Shown: one piece after another, positions 46,657-55,905 of the stretch
Layout: each line of letters begins with the position of its first letter
Position numbering within the stretch: the first letter of the stretch is position 1
Sequence record: PP496444.1
Direction: 5' to 3' (one strand)
Length of the DNA: 64,000 nt
The notes under the pieces: model-generated
Told to the model about the DNA's origin: nothing
The model's database searches: none
Seen by the model: the letters and a program-made list of their open reading frames with translations, nothing else
Made by a program: the position numbers and the translations under genes

Positions 46657-46977
46657 ATGGCTAAAGACAGATTCCTGATCTACTCCAACAAATGCTTAGG
46701 GTGTAAACACCTCGTTGATGGAGCCAAGAAGACCTACACTGCTTGTCACTACAGTGAAGGCAACGAACGCTGCCCCGCGCAGTACGTCCAGATTGTTACG
46801 GGTGTGGATATCCATGCCTTGGCTACTGAGTTGGCGAACGCCATCAGGGCCAATGATTCCAAGAAGTACGATCGGGTGAATGCCAAGATCGGTAAATTGG
46901 ACACTGTGGTTGCCAGTAGTGTGAAGCTGGCCGCAGATAACCTAATAGCAGGGGCCGGTGATGGCGAAGGTAAATAG
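46657..46977 (+). CDS. Hypothetical protein with Cys/His cluster
   Basis: C..C.H...C....C pattern; GAGGT RBS. Confidence 0.65.
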   Translation: MAKDRFLIYSNKCLGCKHLVDGAKKTYTACHYSEGNERCPAQYVQIVTGVDIHALATELANAIRANDSKKYDRVNAKIGKLDTVVASSVKLAADNLIAGAGDGEGK

Positions 46978-48928
46978 TAAGCAGGAAGGTTACAGCGCAG
47001 ATAGTATTCGGGCGCTGTCCGGCCTAGAGATTATTGTCAACAACATTTCGATGTATGCGGGCTCCAGTGACTCGGACGCAATCTTTACGCTGTGCCGTGA
47101 ACCCGGCGACAACTGCGTGGATGAGGCACTGGCCGGTCGGAACGATGAAGTCTTGTACAAGATTCATGGCAAGTGGAAAGGATCTGCCTATTACCCTGAC
47201 CGCGTGATCGTGGTGGATAATGGTACAGGTATCCCTATCGAGAAGCCGAAGGGTGAGTCCCGTACTGCACTGGAGATCGTGACCAGCCACATTCACGGCG
47301 GCGGCAAGTTCAAGGACGCAGGCGCTTACGATCAGTCCCGAGGCACGCATGGCGTTGGCATCAAGCTGACTAACGCCTTGTCCTCCCTGTTCCAAGTGTT
47401 CACCTTCCGTAATGGCGCGTGGTGGACTATCCGTTATGAGAACGCCAAGCTGGTAGCCAACACCCGTAAGGCAACCCCGGCGGAAATGAAGGACGTCTTC
47501 ACGCAGTTCGGCTCGGTACGTAAGAAAGGTACCATTCTGGTGTTTACCCCGGAATACAGCCACTTCGACAAAGGCTCCAACCTGTCCATAGCCACGCTGC
47601 GCAACTGGTGTGAGCTAGGTGCTTATCTGAACTCCGGCGTGCGCTTCCAGATCGACTACAACAAGTCGGAAAAGTCCCACGAGGTACTTGAGTACTACCA
47701 CAAGGACGGTCTGACGGCGTATATGGAACGCCGGTTGGTTGATCTCAAGTGCGAAGTAATGACAGACACCCCCATGTTGTACCGGGGCAAGCACGTCGAC
47801 CTACTGCTCACTTTCACCGACGCCGAAGGGTGTAAGCTGGACAGCTACACCAACACGCTGTACAACTCTGTCGGAGGTAACCACCAGCGGTCTTTGTTCA
47901 CGTGGATTGCCGAAGCGCTGGAACCGTACGCAGGCAAGCACGACTTCCACAAGGACGACATCCGCGAAGGTGTTGTCGGCATGATCAACTTCAAGATCGA
48001 TACGCCGAAGTTCTCCGGCCAGACCAAGGAGCGACTGTCCGACCCCCGCTTTGAAGAACTGTGCACCGATGAAATCTTTGAAGCACTCCAAAAGTTCTTC
48101 AAGAAGAACAAGGAACTGGCCCAGCAACTCTGTGAGCGTGCAGCTCGACTTCGCAATCTCAAGGAACAGTTCAGCCTGACTAAGAAGGCAGCGGGTGCAC
48201 TCAAGAAAATGCGCACTGGCTCCAACCTCCTGCCCGGTAAGCTGACTGAGGTGAAGGAATGCCCAGTAGCTGAACGTGAACTATTCACAGTGGAAGGTGA
48301 CTCTGCTGCGGGTACTGCCAAGTCCGCCCGGATGAAGAGCCCGTATCGCTATCAGGAAACGCTGGCCCTCAAAGGTAAGATCCTGAACGTGATCAAGGAA
48401 GTCCAGAAAGGTAAGGGCGACGCCATCTGGGACTCCGTGGAAGTGCAGTGCATCTTGGTGTCCATGGGCTACAAGCCGGAATCCAAAGATCCACTCAAGG
48501 ACCTGCGCATCGGCAAGTTCATCATCATGGCAGACGCCGACGATGACGGTGCCCACATCGCTATGCTACAGATTGCACTGATTGCCAAGTTCTTGCCCGC
48601 CATGTTCGACATGGGCATGGTGTACATTGCTGACCTGCCGAAGCGTATGGTGACGATCAAGGAGAAGGGTCGGGACAAGATGTACTTCGGCAACACGGTC
48701 GATGAAATCCAAAAGCAGATCCCTCATATCAAGAACCCACCTATCGTGTATCTGAAAGGGCTGGGTGAAATGAGTGAAAACGCATTGCGTGAGACAGCGT
48801 TCGATCCGTCTACCCGCAAGCTGATCAAGATCATGCCCGCATCCGCCAGTGAACTGCTCGACATCGACCGACTCATGGGCGTAGATACAAGCGAGCGTAA
48901 GCGCTTGCTGGGCATCGAGTCGGAATAA
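46958..48928 (+). CDS. gyrB: Type IIA DNA topoisomerase, B (GyrB/ParE-like) subunit
   Basis: EPGDNCVDE, VDNGTGIP, HGGGKF, GTHGVG, F..QTKE, VEGDSAAG, LKGKILN, IMADADDDGAHI, YLKGLGEM. Confidence 0.95.
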   Translation: MMAKVNSKQEGYSADSIRALSGLEIIVNNISMYAGSSDSDAIFTLCREPGDNCVDEALAGRNDEVLYKIHGKWKGSAYYPDRVIVVDNGTGIPIEKPKGESRTALEIVTSHIHGGGKFKDAGAYDQSRGTHGVGIKLTNALSSLFQVFTFRNGAWWTIRYENAKLVANTRKATPAEMKDVFTQFGSVRKKGTILVFTPEYSHFDKGSNLSIATLRNWCELGAYLNSGVRFQIDYNKSEKSHEVLEYYHKDGLTAYMERRLVDLKCEVMTDTPMLYRGKHVDLLLTFTDAEGCKLDSYTNTLYNSVGGNHQRSLFTWIAEALEPYAGKHDFHKDDIREGVVGMINFKIDTPKFSGQTKERLSDPRFEELCTDEIFEALQKFFKKNKELAQQLCERAARLRNLKEQFSLTKKAAGALKKMRTGSNLLPGKLTEVKECPVAERELFTVEGDSAAGTAKSARMKSPYRYQETLALKGKILNVIKEVQKGKGDAIWDSVEVQCILVSMGYKPESKDPLKDLRIGKFIIMADADDDGAHIAMLQIALIAKFLPAMFDMGMVYIADLPKRMVTIKEKGRDKMYFGNTVDEIQKQIPHIKNPPIVYLKGLGEMSENALRETAFDPSTRKLIKIMPASASELLDIDRLMGVDTSERKRLLGIESE

Positions 48929-49013
48929 TCCGCCCCATTGCATACCCCGATCCGTTACGCCCCGCCTGGAGCGGTATACGCGGTCGGGTAAATGCTGGGT
49001 AGTGAGGTGAGTC

Positions 49014-49229
49014 ATGCGCAATACAATGATGAAGGCAATCAAGTGCACGACGTGCAAAGGTCAGGGCTTCACTGTGGATACGTCTCGGTCCAAAGGATCG
49101 ATGGACGAACAGATCGACAAGTGCTACAAGTGCAAAGGCGAAAAAGTAGTAATCGTCAAGATCGTTGACCCGTCCCCGGAAGATCAAGTCAATCAGTACG
49201 CTGCCCTATACGAACAGGATAAGAAGTAA
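49014..49229 (+). CDS. Mini DnaJ-type (CR) zinc-finger protein
   Basis: CTTCKGQG...CYKCKGE; GAGGTGA RBS. Confidence 0.65.
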   Translation: MRNTMMKAIKCTTCKGQGFTVDTSRSKGSMDEQIDKCYKCKGEKVVIVKIVDPSPEDQVNQYAALYEQDKK

Positions 49230-50737
49230 TGGCGAAGGTAATCAGCAAGACGAAACTGGCCAAGGCTAAGAGTGGTATTGCAGCGGACGTGAACATCCGG
49301 GAAGTGCCACTTCTGGAATGGTCCATCGATGCCTACATCGGCACGTACGCCACCATGACGTTGGCAGACCGAGCCATCCCGGACATGTACGATGGTCTGA
49401 TGCCGTCCGAGCGTCGAGCCATCTGGGCTGCTCACGTAGTAGGCGCCACCCCGGACAAGAAGTTCATGAAGTCGGCCCGTGTGGTAGGTGACATGATCGG
49501 TAAGTTCCACCCGCATGGTGATACCTCAGCATACGGCACCGTGGTCAAGAGCGTGAAGCACGTGAGCAATCCGTACTTCCTCGGTCAAGGTAACTGGGGT
49601 ACGTTTGAAGATCCGAAGGGTTTCGCAGCAATGCGATACACCGAGACGAAGTTGTCCAAATACGCCATGCAGGTGTTGCTGGACAGTGACTACCTAGCGG
49701 TCACTGAGATGATCCCCAACTATGACGGATCGCTGGAAGAACCCTTCATCCTGCCCGCACTGCTCCCCAACCTGTTGCTCAACGGTTCCTATGGGGTGGC
49801 AACGGGTGCCACCACCTACTGCCCGTCGTTTGAAGCGGAAGGTGTAATCACGCTGATCCAGAAGCTGTTGAAAGGTCGTAAGCTGAAAGCCCGCGACTGC
49901 ATGGCTAACCTGGTGTTCGACAACCCGTATGGTGGTTACGCGGTCATCGACGAAGATGACGAAGAGAGTACTGAGGAACTGGTAGCCCTTTTTGAAGGGG
50001 GGCAAGGGCGAGTCTACTACTCTTGTGATTACGAGCTGTTGGAAGATGAGCATGCCGCGTATATCCGAGGCTTCGTTCCCTACCAATCGATCCTCAAGGG
50101 TGTTGAGAAGATCGCGGAGGACGAACGAGTAGCCAGCATCATCGATGATTCAGATATCGATGATAACGGTAAGGGGTTCATCGCCTACAAAATAATCTTC
50201 AAGCGCAGCGTCAGCAAGATGATGTTGCAGGAAGTGGCTGACGACGTTCTGAGTGTCTTCGACAAGATGCAGAACTTCAAGATGAACGTCAACGAACGTG
50301 CCTGGAACGAGTACGAAGGAAAGGCCGACTGTAAATTCGGGATGATGGGCGTCGTCGGTATCCTTGAGAAGTGGGTGGCATGGCGACTGGCGCTGGAGCA
50401 ACGCTACCTCGAATACAAGACCGCCAAGCTGGAGCAACGCAACTGGTCGCTCAACACCCTGCTGCTGGCATGCAACGCGCTGGACATCATTGTAGCCGCC
50501 TTGAAGCGCGACGACACCGAAGCGTATCTGGCCAAGACGATGAAGATCACGCCGGAACAGGCAGAGTACATCCTTGACCGCCAAGTGCGCTCCCTGAAGA
50601 AGTTGAATCAGGACAAGATGAAGGCGGAACTCAAATCCAACCTGGACACCATCAAGCAGCACAAGGAATGGATCAAGACTCCAGAGATTCCTGTGGCGGC
50701 ACAACTCAAAGACTTCGCCAAGCTGTTGGCAGAGTAA
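49229..50737 (+). CDS. gyrA: Type IIA DNA topoisomerase, A (GyrA/ParC-like) subunit lacking the C-terminal beta-pinwheel
   Basis: RAIPD..DGL.P..RR, KSARVVGD.IGKFHPHGD, AAMRYTE (catalytic Tyr), P.LLLNG..G.A.G. Confidence 0.93.
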   Translation: MAKVISKTKLAKAKSGIAADVNIREVPLLEWSIDAYIGTYATMTLADRAIPDMYDGLMPSERRAIWAAHVVGATPDKKFMKSARVVGDMIGKFHPHGDTSAYGTVVKSVKHVSNPYFLGQGNWGTFEDPKGFAAMRYTETKLSKYAMQVLLDSDYLAVTEMIPNYDGSLEEPFILPALLPNLLLNGSYGVATGATTYCPSFEAEGVITLIQKLLKGRKLKARDCMANLVFDNPYGGYAVIDEDDEESTEELVALFEGGQGRVYYSCDYELLEDEHAAYIRGFVPYQSILKGVEKIAEDERVASIIDDSDIDDNGKGFIAYKIIFKRSVSKMMLQEVADDVLSVFDKMQNFKMNVNERAWNEYEGKADCKFGMMGVVGILEKWVAWRLALEQRYLEYKTAKLEQRNWSLNTLLLACNALDIIVAALKRDDTEAYLAKTMKITPEQAEYILDRQVRSLKKLNQDKMKAELKSNLDTIKQHKEWIKTPEIPVAAQLKDFAKLLAE

Positions 50738-50764
50738 CCCAATCCGAAACATGAGGCACATCCC

Positions 50765-51457
50765 ATGGCGAGCACGCTGGGCATTAAAGAAGCACAAGAC
50801 ATACTGGGACTGAAACCGGGCGCCGACCTCGCTGCCGTGAAGCAAGCGGTGCGCAAGCTGTGCCAGAAGTTTCACCCGGACAAGGAAGGCGGTGATCCTG
50901 AAATGTTCCGGCGTGCACGGGAAGCAGGTGAAGTGCTGGAGGAAGTTCTCGTTGACCACGACATCATCCCGGACGAAGAATACCTGGATGCACTCAACTA
51001 CGTCATCACCATGATCGGCCAGCGGTACGTGGCGGCTGAGATGGCGGGGCAAAACGAGAAGCGACGCCGTGCACTTCAGATGGACATGGACGTGTTCAGC
51101 TTCGCGAGTCTCGTGCAGGCAGCATCCGACCTTTCCCGGCCACCGAGTGCAGAATCGTTTGTGCTCAACGCGCTGGAGCAGGAGATCCTTGCCAACATCG
51201 ACGAGTTCCGAACCTCTATTGACCGCCACTCCGTTCAAGGTGCCGGGCTGCGTATGCTGGCCCGGAACATGAAGGCACCCAAGCTGGCGTACTCCGTGTG
51301 GCAAGATGCACGGGACTCGCTGGCGCAGGCCATCCGCCAACAGCGCAACAACATCCGCATGGCTAAGCTGCGCCTGAAAGCGATGGAAGAGTTTGAAGCC
51401 ATCCAGTTAAAGCGTAAGCAGGAAGCCATTCGTCTGGCTCACGGGGTGCGTTCATGA
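50765..51457 (+). CDS. J-domain (DnaJ-like) protein
   Basis: ILGL..GA....VKQA.RKL..KFHPDK.GG..E.F..AREA.EVL. Confidence 0.85.
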   Translation: MASTLGIKEAQDILGLKPGADLAAVKQAVRKLCQKFHPDKEGGDPEMFRRAREAGEVLEEVLVDHDIIPDEEYLDALNYVITMIGQRYVAAEMAGQNEKRRRALQMDMDVFSFASLVQAASDLSRPPSAESFVLNALEQEILANIDEFRTSIDRHSVQGAGLRMLARNMKAPKLAYSVWQDARDSLAQAIRQQRNNIRMAKLRLKAMEEFEAIQLKRKQEAIRLAHGVRS

Positions 51458-52065
51458 TCTCGGAACAAATGCTGTACTGGTTGAAGAGAGCCGCCCCGTG
51501 GAAGCCAATACTGATTGTGGACATCGACGGCGTGGTCTTGAACAACGAACATCGCCTGCATCACATCGTGCACACGGTGGATGGCGTTCAGGTGAATCGC
51601 ACCGATGCAGACTGGGTATCCTTTCACGCCAACGGTCATCTGGATACACCGGGGGCGGCAGCGGCATTCATTGAGGCGGCGTCCAACGCTTTCACTCCGG
51701 TCTTCGTTACGGCACGCGTGGCCTTCGGTGAGCAGCGTAAGCATGTGCACGATATGCTGGCAAAGACACTGCCCAAGGTAAAGGACTTCAACTGGCGCAG
51801 GGGTTGCCCGTCGAAAGATGAGATCTTCCCGTTGTTCATGCGGGCACCCAACGAGAACTGGGAGGCCAACAAGGTGAACGGCGGTGACGCCATCGTCCAT
51901 CACTCTGAATACAAGCGGGTGGCTATCCATTGGCTCCGGGCTCAAGGGATCAACCCCATGGCCGGTCTGGATGACTCACTGACCATTTGCAAGATGTTCG
52001 CGGAGGAAGGCCTCCTGAGCTTGCGGGTGCACAACCACGTAGCAGACGCGGCGCTGATGCGCTGA
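51454..52065 (+). CDS. HAD-superfamily phosphatase (polynucleotide 3'-phosphatase-like)
   Basis: IVDIDGV (motif I), FVTAR (motif II), LDDS (motif IV). Confidence 0.8.
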   Translation: MISEQMLYWLKRAAPWKPILIVDIDGVVLNNEHRLHHIVHTVDGVQVNRTDADWVSFHANGHLDTPGAAAAFIEAASNAFTPVFVTARVAFGEQRKHVHDMLAKTLPKVKDFNWRRGCPSKDEIFPLFMRAPNENWEANKVNGGDAIVHHSEYKRVAIHWLRAQGINPMAGLDDSLTICKMFAEEGLLSLRVHNHVADAALMR

Positions 52066-52075
52066 GGAGAAGAGC

Positions 52076-52456
52076 ATGAAGACTGAAAAAGAAATGCAGC
52101 GCGCCAAGGTTTCCCAATCGATGGCCGCGCTTCTTAACGATGCCGTCGGCGGATCGATTGGTCCTTCGTTGCGTGACCTGGGTAATGCGGTCATGGGTAA
52201 ACCTGACGCGGCTTACGAAGGTGGTATGTCCGCCGCCATGCGACAGGAGAAAGAGTCGCTGGAAAAGATGGGTGAGAACTATCTTACCATGATGAGCAAA
52301 CCGAAACACAAGCGAAAGGTGATGAACCGAGCGATCAAGCAGGTCAACGACATCGTCTCCAAGCACGGCCTGAATCCAAAAGTGCTGGCGCCGGTCCGCT
52401 TCGTGTCGTCCAAGAAGGACGTGTTCAAACTGGCGAAGGTCAAACCTAGCCGCTAA
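52076..52456 (+). CDS. Basic hypothetical protein
   Basis: GAGGA RBS. Confidence 0.65.
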   Translation: MKTEKEMQRAKVSQSMAALLNDAVGGSIGPSLRDLGNAVMGKPDAAYEGGMSAAMRQEKESLEKMGENYLTMMSKPKHKRKVMNRAIKQVNDIVSKHGLNPKVLAPVRFVSSKKDVFKLAKVKPSR

Positions 52457-52470
52457 CTGAGGTGACACCC

Positions 52471-52611
52471 ATGCAACACTATCCAGTGTATCCGTATCAC
52501 TCTGCACAGGCCGTTGACTTCCGTAAGACTTTCGCAGAAGCCCGTGCTGCTGGACTCTCAGAGTTCACGTGGGAAGGCAGACGCTACAACACCAAACTCG
52601 CAGGTGAGTAA
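52471..52611 (+). CDS. Mini-protein, 46 aa (MQHYPVYPYHSAQAVDFRKTFAEARAAGLSEFTWEGRRYNTKLAGE)
   Basis: Manual translation; GAGGTG RBS; below the ORF-track cutoff. Confidence 0.65.
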   Translation: MQHYPVYPYHSAQAVDFRKTFAEARAAGLSEFTWEGRRYNTKLAGE

Positions 52612-52649
52612 ACCCAATGCCCGGCCTAACCGTCGGGCATTGTCGCCTG

Positions 52650-52679
52650 TTGACAGCCCGCTTCGGTATGTGGCATACT
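52650..52679 (+). promoter_or_regulatory. Sigma70-type early promoter
   Basis: TTGACA-18 nt-CATACT. Confidence 0.65.
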
Positions 52680-52749
52680 GGCACCATGGGGCTACCATGG
52701 CCCCGGAAACGCTGGATCGACTCACCACTACCCCAAGAGGAATGCACCA

Positions 52750-53181
52750 ATGGCAAAGCCCGTACCCACCCTGTTCATGAAGGCCCCTTTTGAAATCATC
52801 TGGGGCAAACCGGAAGCTGACCACGAACTGCCGGGCTCTCCGTTTGACGGCATCAACGTCAAAGGCAATGACTACGCTTCCACCGCGTCCAATCTGCTGG
52901 AGCTGCATACGATGGTCGAAGACTGGGCCTTCATCCGGTTCACCGTGTTCGGCTTTGAACTTACTCTGGACCAGATGCTGATGCTTAGCTGGTGGGAGAG
53001 CAAACGTCCTGAGCATTGGTCGTTGGCAGAGCACGCTGACAACCCACGGATCAACACCATGTCTGCCCGTGAAGCCACGCTCGCGACTCGCTGCGGCCAG
53101 ATTCTTAGGGTTGCGCTGGGCAACATGCAAGGTGTGGTACTGGATGCCGAATCGGTGCCGTACAAGAATTTCAACAACTGA
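52750..53181 (+). CDS. Hypothetical early protein
   Basis: AGAGGA RBS, follows a promoter. Confidence 0.7.
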   Translation: MAKPVPTLFMKAPFEIIWGKPEADHELPGSPFDGINVKGNDYASTASNLLELHTMVEDWAFIRFTVFGFELTLDQMLMLSWWESKRPEHWSLAEHADNPRINTMSAREATLATRCGQILRVALGNMQGVVLDAESVPYKNFNN

Positions 53182-53235
53182 TCAACTGCGGACCTTTCAG
53201 GGTCCGTTCACTTCTGTCCCAAAGAGGAATGCAAC

Positions 53236-53580
53236 ATGAGCCGTGCACCGGTCCGCAACAAGGTCTACACTTATGGCGAAATCATCGACGATCTGTTCCT
53301 GCGTGACACACCGTGTCTGATGGTGTACGTCGGTGATGGCAGTAGCCCGATCAAGAGCTACTTCCCCGTCAACTATGAAGGCACCTACGAAGAGATGCGT
53401 AAGCTGCCGGGCTGGGAAGACAGCCGCTGGACGTTCACTCGTGAGACCAGCGAATGGATTCCAGTCTTCCACTGGGACAACGATCAAGGTAGTCCGCTGC
53501 AACTGGTGCAAGTGAACCGCAGCGAGTACTTCGATCTTGAGCACACGTCGATGGATCGTCTTATCGTAACCCCGAAATAG
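53236..53580 (+). CDS. Hypothetical early protein
   Basis: AGAGGA RBS. Confidence 0.7.
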   Translation: MSRAPVRNKVYTYGEIIDDLFLRDTPCLMVYVGDGSSPIKSYFPVNYEGTYEEMRKLPGWEDSRWTFTRETSEWIPVFHWDNDQGSPLQLVQVNRSEYFDLEHTSMDRLIVTPK

Positions 53581-53590
53581 GTGGCTTGAC

Positions 53591-54052
53591 ATGATTCAGA
53601 TGACACGTGACATCGACTTCTCCCTTCCGTACTCAAGCACCAACAAGGTGCTGTTCAAACTGAACATCGGCAATATCAAGAACGGCGAGCGCATGGTGGG
53701 GTTTGAAGGGTGCCTAACTCTGACTATCGAATCCGTTGATCTGACTAAGGATTTGATCAGGCTTCTTGCAGCCGCGTCCAACCTAGAACTCCCTACCGTT
53801 GAATGGGCGGGACTTGACTACCTGATCGAGCGCGTCCAGCGGAAGTATGACTACGCTGTGATCGAGAACAGCTTCTCTCGGTCTATCACTGGATCAGACA
53901 GCAAGGGATTAGGCATCCGCCGTAATAAGCAGGTGTCTGGTAACCGCGAGTACACCCTGAAAGAGTGGACCGCGTGCTTCCTCCGGGGCCAAGGTGCCTA
54001 TCCTGAGTACGAGCGGGAGTTCTTGTCGAGTCCCTGCCCACCCCACTTCTGA
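53591..54052 (+). CDS. Hypothetical protein
   Basis: Co-oriented ORF. Confidence 0.6.
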   Translation: MIQMTRDIDFSLPYSSTNKVLFKLNIGNIKNGERMVGFEGCLTLTIESVDLTKDLIRLLAAASNLELPTVEWAGLDYLIERVQRKYDYAVIENSFSRSITGSDSKGLGIRRNKQVSGNREYTLKEWTACFLRGQGAYPEYEREFLSSPCPPHF

Positions 54053-54104
54053 CATCAGCGCTGGAGAGGTTCGGCCAAGTAATTCCGATCACGAAAAATA
54101 AAGT

Positions 54105-54133
54105 TTGACAAGCGAAACGGGCTCTGTCATAAT
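54105..54133 (+). promoter_or_regulatory. Sigma70-type early promoter with A-rich UP element
   Basis: AAAAATAAAG then TTGACA-17 nt-CATAAT. Confidence 0.8.
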
Positions 54134-54186
54134 GTATGTGCCGCTGCGCTATGGCGGCACACTACCCGAAGTTGAAAGGAACCGAG

Positions 54187-55089
54187 ATGACCAAAACATT
54201 TGCGCTGGCTCCTATGGAGAAAGCAAACTTGATCCAAGACGCTGAGTTCGCCGCGTCTGCTGTCAAGGAACTGCTGGCCCTATTGCTGCAAGCCACTACC
54301 GAGATGAAGAAAGAGCACGAAGACCCAATGTCTGCGGCCAAAGCTCGGTGTGATGAGTTGAATAAGACGGTGACCAAGATTGTGTCATCGCACAACGCCA
54401 AGAACCCTGAATTCATGTTGGCTATCGAGGCTTCGACCCGTGTGACCAACCATACCGTCTCAATCATGGACTTGACCAAGCGTCGAGGATTGAGAGTCGG
54501 TAAACCCTATCTCCTAAGCTACAAGAAAGAGCTGGCCGACAAGCTGCTCCAACTCGTAGACTTTCATCAGTTCTCAAAAGGACTGCCCGTAAAAGGGACG
54601 AAAGACGCCTTGTCTGATACCGTGGTAGCACTCGCCGCCGATGCCGACAGCATCGATGCAAAGGTGAAGGCTAGCTCGGACAACTCCAAGAACCCCGTGT
54701 TCATGATGGAGATGAATATCGTCCCGCCGTTCAACTACTTCTACGTACAACCCCGCAAGTTCCTGCTGCACAAGCTCGCCTTCGACCGCATCGGCAAAGG
54801 TGACAACAGCGACTTCATCGTGTTGAAGAATCAAAAGGTTCTGGTGGTGGACAACGTCGCCGCCGAGAACTATAACATGGAGCCGCTGGAACTGGCCGCT
54901 ACTCTGATCGAAGCCATCAATCTGAAACGCCCCGCTGGCACATCAGAGCTGGCGATGGTGATGGAAGAACATGCGTCGCTCAAAGGCAGTTCTGGTTACA
55001 CGTTCTACTGGGTGGTTCCTCTGCCCACGCTTCACGTGCTGCAACCCATCATCGGCCAAGGTACCCTCGCTTGGGGCTTGGCAGTCTAA
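54187..55089 (+). CDS. Hypothetical protein
   Basis: AAGGA RBS before MTKTF. Confidence 0.7.
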   Translation: MTKTFALAPMEKANLIQDAEFAASAVKELLALLLQATTEMKKEHEDPMSAAKARCDELNKTVTKIVSSHNAKNPEFMLAIEASTRVTNHTVSIMDLTKRRGLRVGKPYLLSYKKELADKLLQLVDFHQFSKGLPVKGTKDALSDTVVALAADADSIDAKVKASSDNSKNPVFMMEMNIVPPFNYFYVQPRKFLLHKLAFDRIGKGDNSDFIVLKNQKVLVVDNVAAENYNMEPLELAATLIEAINLKRPAGTSELAMVMEEHASLKGSSGYTFYWVVPLPTLHVLQPIIGQGTLAWGLAV

Positions 55090-55119
55090 TCCGTTCACCC
55101 ACCATAAAGAGTAATTGAA

Positions 55120-55425
55120 ATGGCAAAAGGTAAAACCCCGCTGTATCTGAGCTACATTGACACCATCAATGGTCTGCTCGAATCCATCAAGTTCTCCGCA
55201 GAACTGCCGGTGCACAAGAAGTCCATCGACCGCTCGGGCCGTAACGTCGAGTGGTTGCGCAAGGGGATCAAACGTGGTAAGCTGACCATCCCCGGCGTCG
55301 ATACCGGCAACGAGTTCTGGAAGCTGGCTCAACTGCTCGAGGTGGAAGCACCGGCATACGGCACCGAGATTGTTCTCCCGGAGAATGCGGTGACCAAGAC
55401 GATCGACAAGTATGAAACCTGCTAA
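55120..55425 (+). CDS. Hypothetical protein
   Basis: Co-oriented, typical codon usage. Confidence 0.65.
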   Translation: MAKGKTPLYLSYIDTINGLLESIKFSAELPVHKKSIDRSGRNVEWLRKGIKRGKLTIPGVDTGNEFWKLAQLLEVEAPAYGTEIVLPENAVTKTIDKYETC

Positions 55426-55903
55426 CCTCAAAGCTCTTGGGATCGACACCAAACCCGGAGCGATGAACATTCCTGACGGAAGGTGCTGGGTGTGCCCGGC
55501 GGTAGCGGGGCTGGAAGACCATCACATCATCCCACGACACTGTGGGGGCGAGGATGGGCCACAAGTCAGATTGTGCGGTGTGTGCCATACGGCGATCCAC
55601 AATCTGGCCAACAACAAGAAAGTGCTGGCGCAAGAGATTGAACCGCTGGAGATCCATGAGTACAACAAGGCTTGGTCCGATGCGCTGATGCTGCGCAAAG
55701 GTCATGCACTGGCGTACGTCATTGCGAAGTCCAACAAGGTGACGAAGGGTGATGCCAACCGAAAGGTGAAGTTCGCCACCACGTTCGACGGACCTACCAG
55801 CCGACAACTGAAACAACTCAAGAAGAGCATGGGCTGCACTAGCCTAGACCAGACCATTGTTGCACTGATAAAACAGGCCCACGGGCGACTGTTTAGGGGA
55901 TAG
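55412..55903 (+). CDS. HNH endonuclease with possible C-terminal ribbon-helix-helix domain
   Basis: CWVC...EDHHIIPRHCGG...LCGVCHTAIH. Confidence 0.8.
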   Translation: MKPANLKALGIDTKPGAMNIPDGRCWVCPAVAGLEDHHIIPRHCGGEDGPQVRLCGVCHTAIHNLANNKKVLAQEIEPLEIHEYNKAWSDALMLRKGHALAYVIAKSNKVTKGDANRKVKFATTFDGPTSRQLKQLKKSMGCTSLDQTIVALIKQAHGRLFRG

Positions 55904-55905
55904 AG

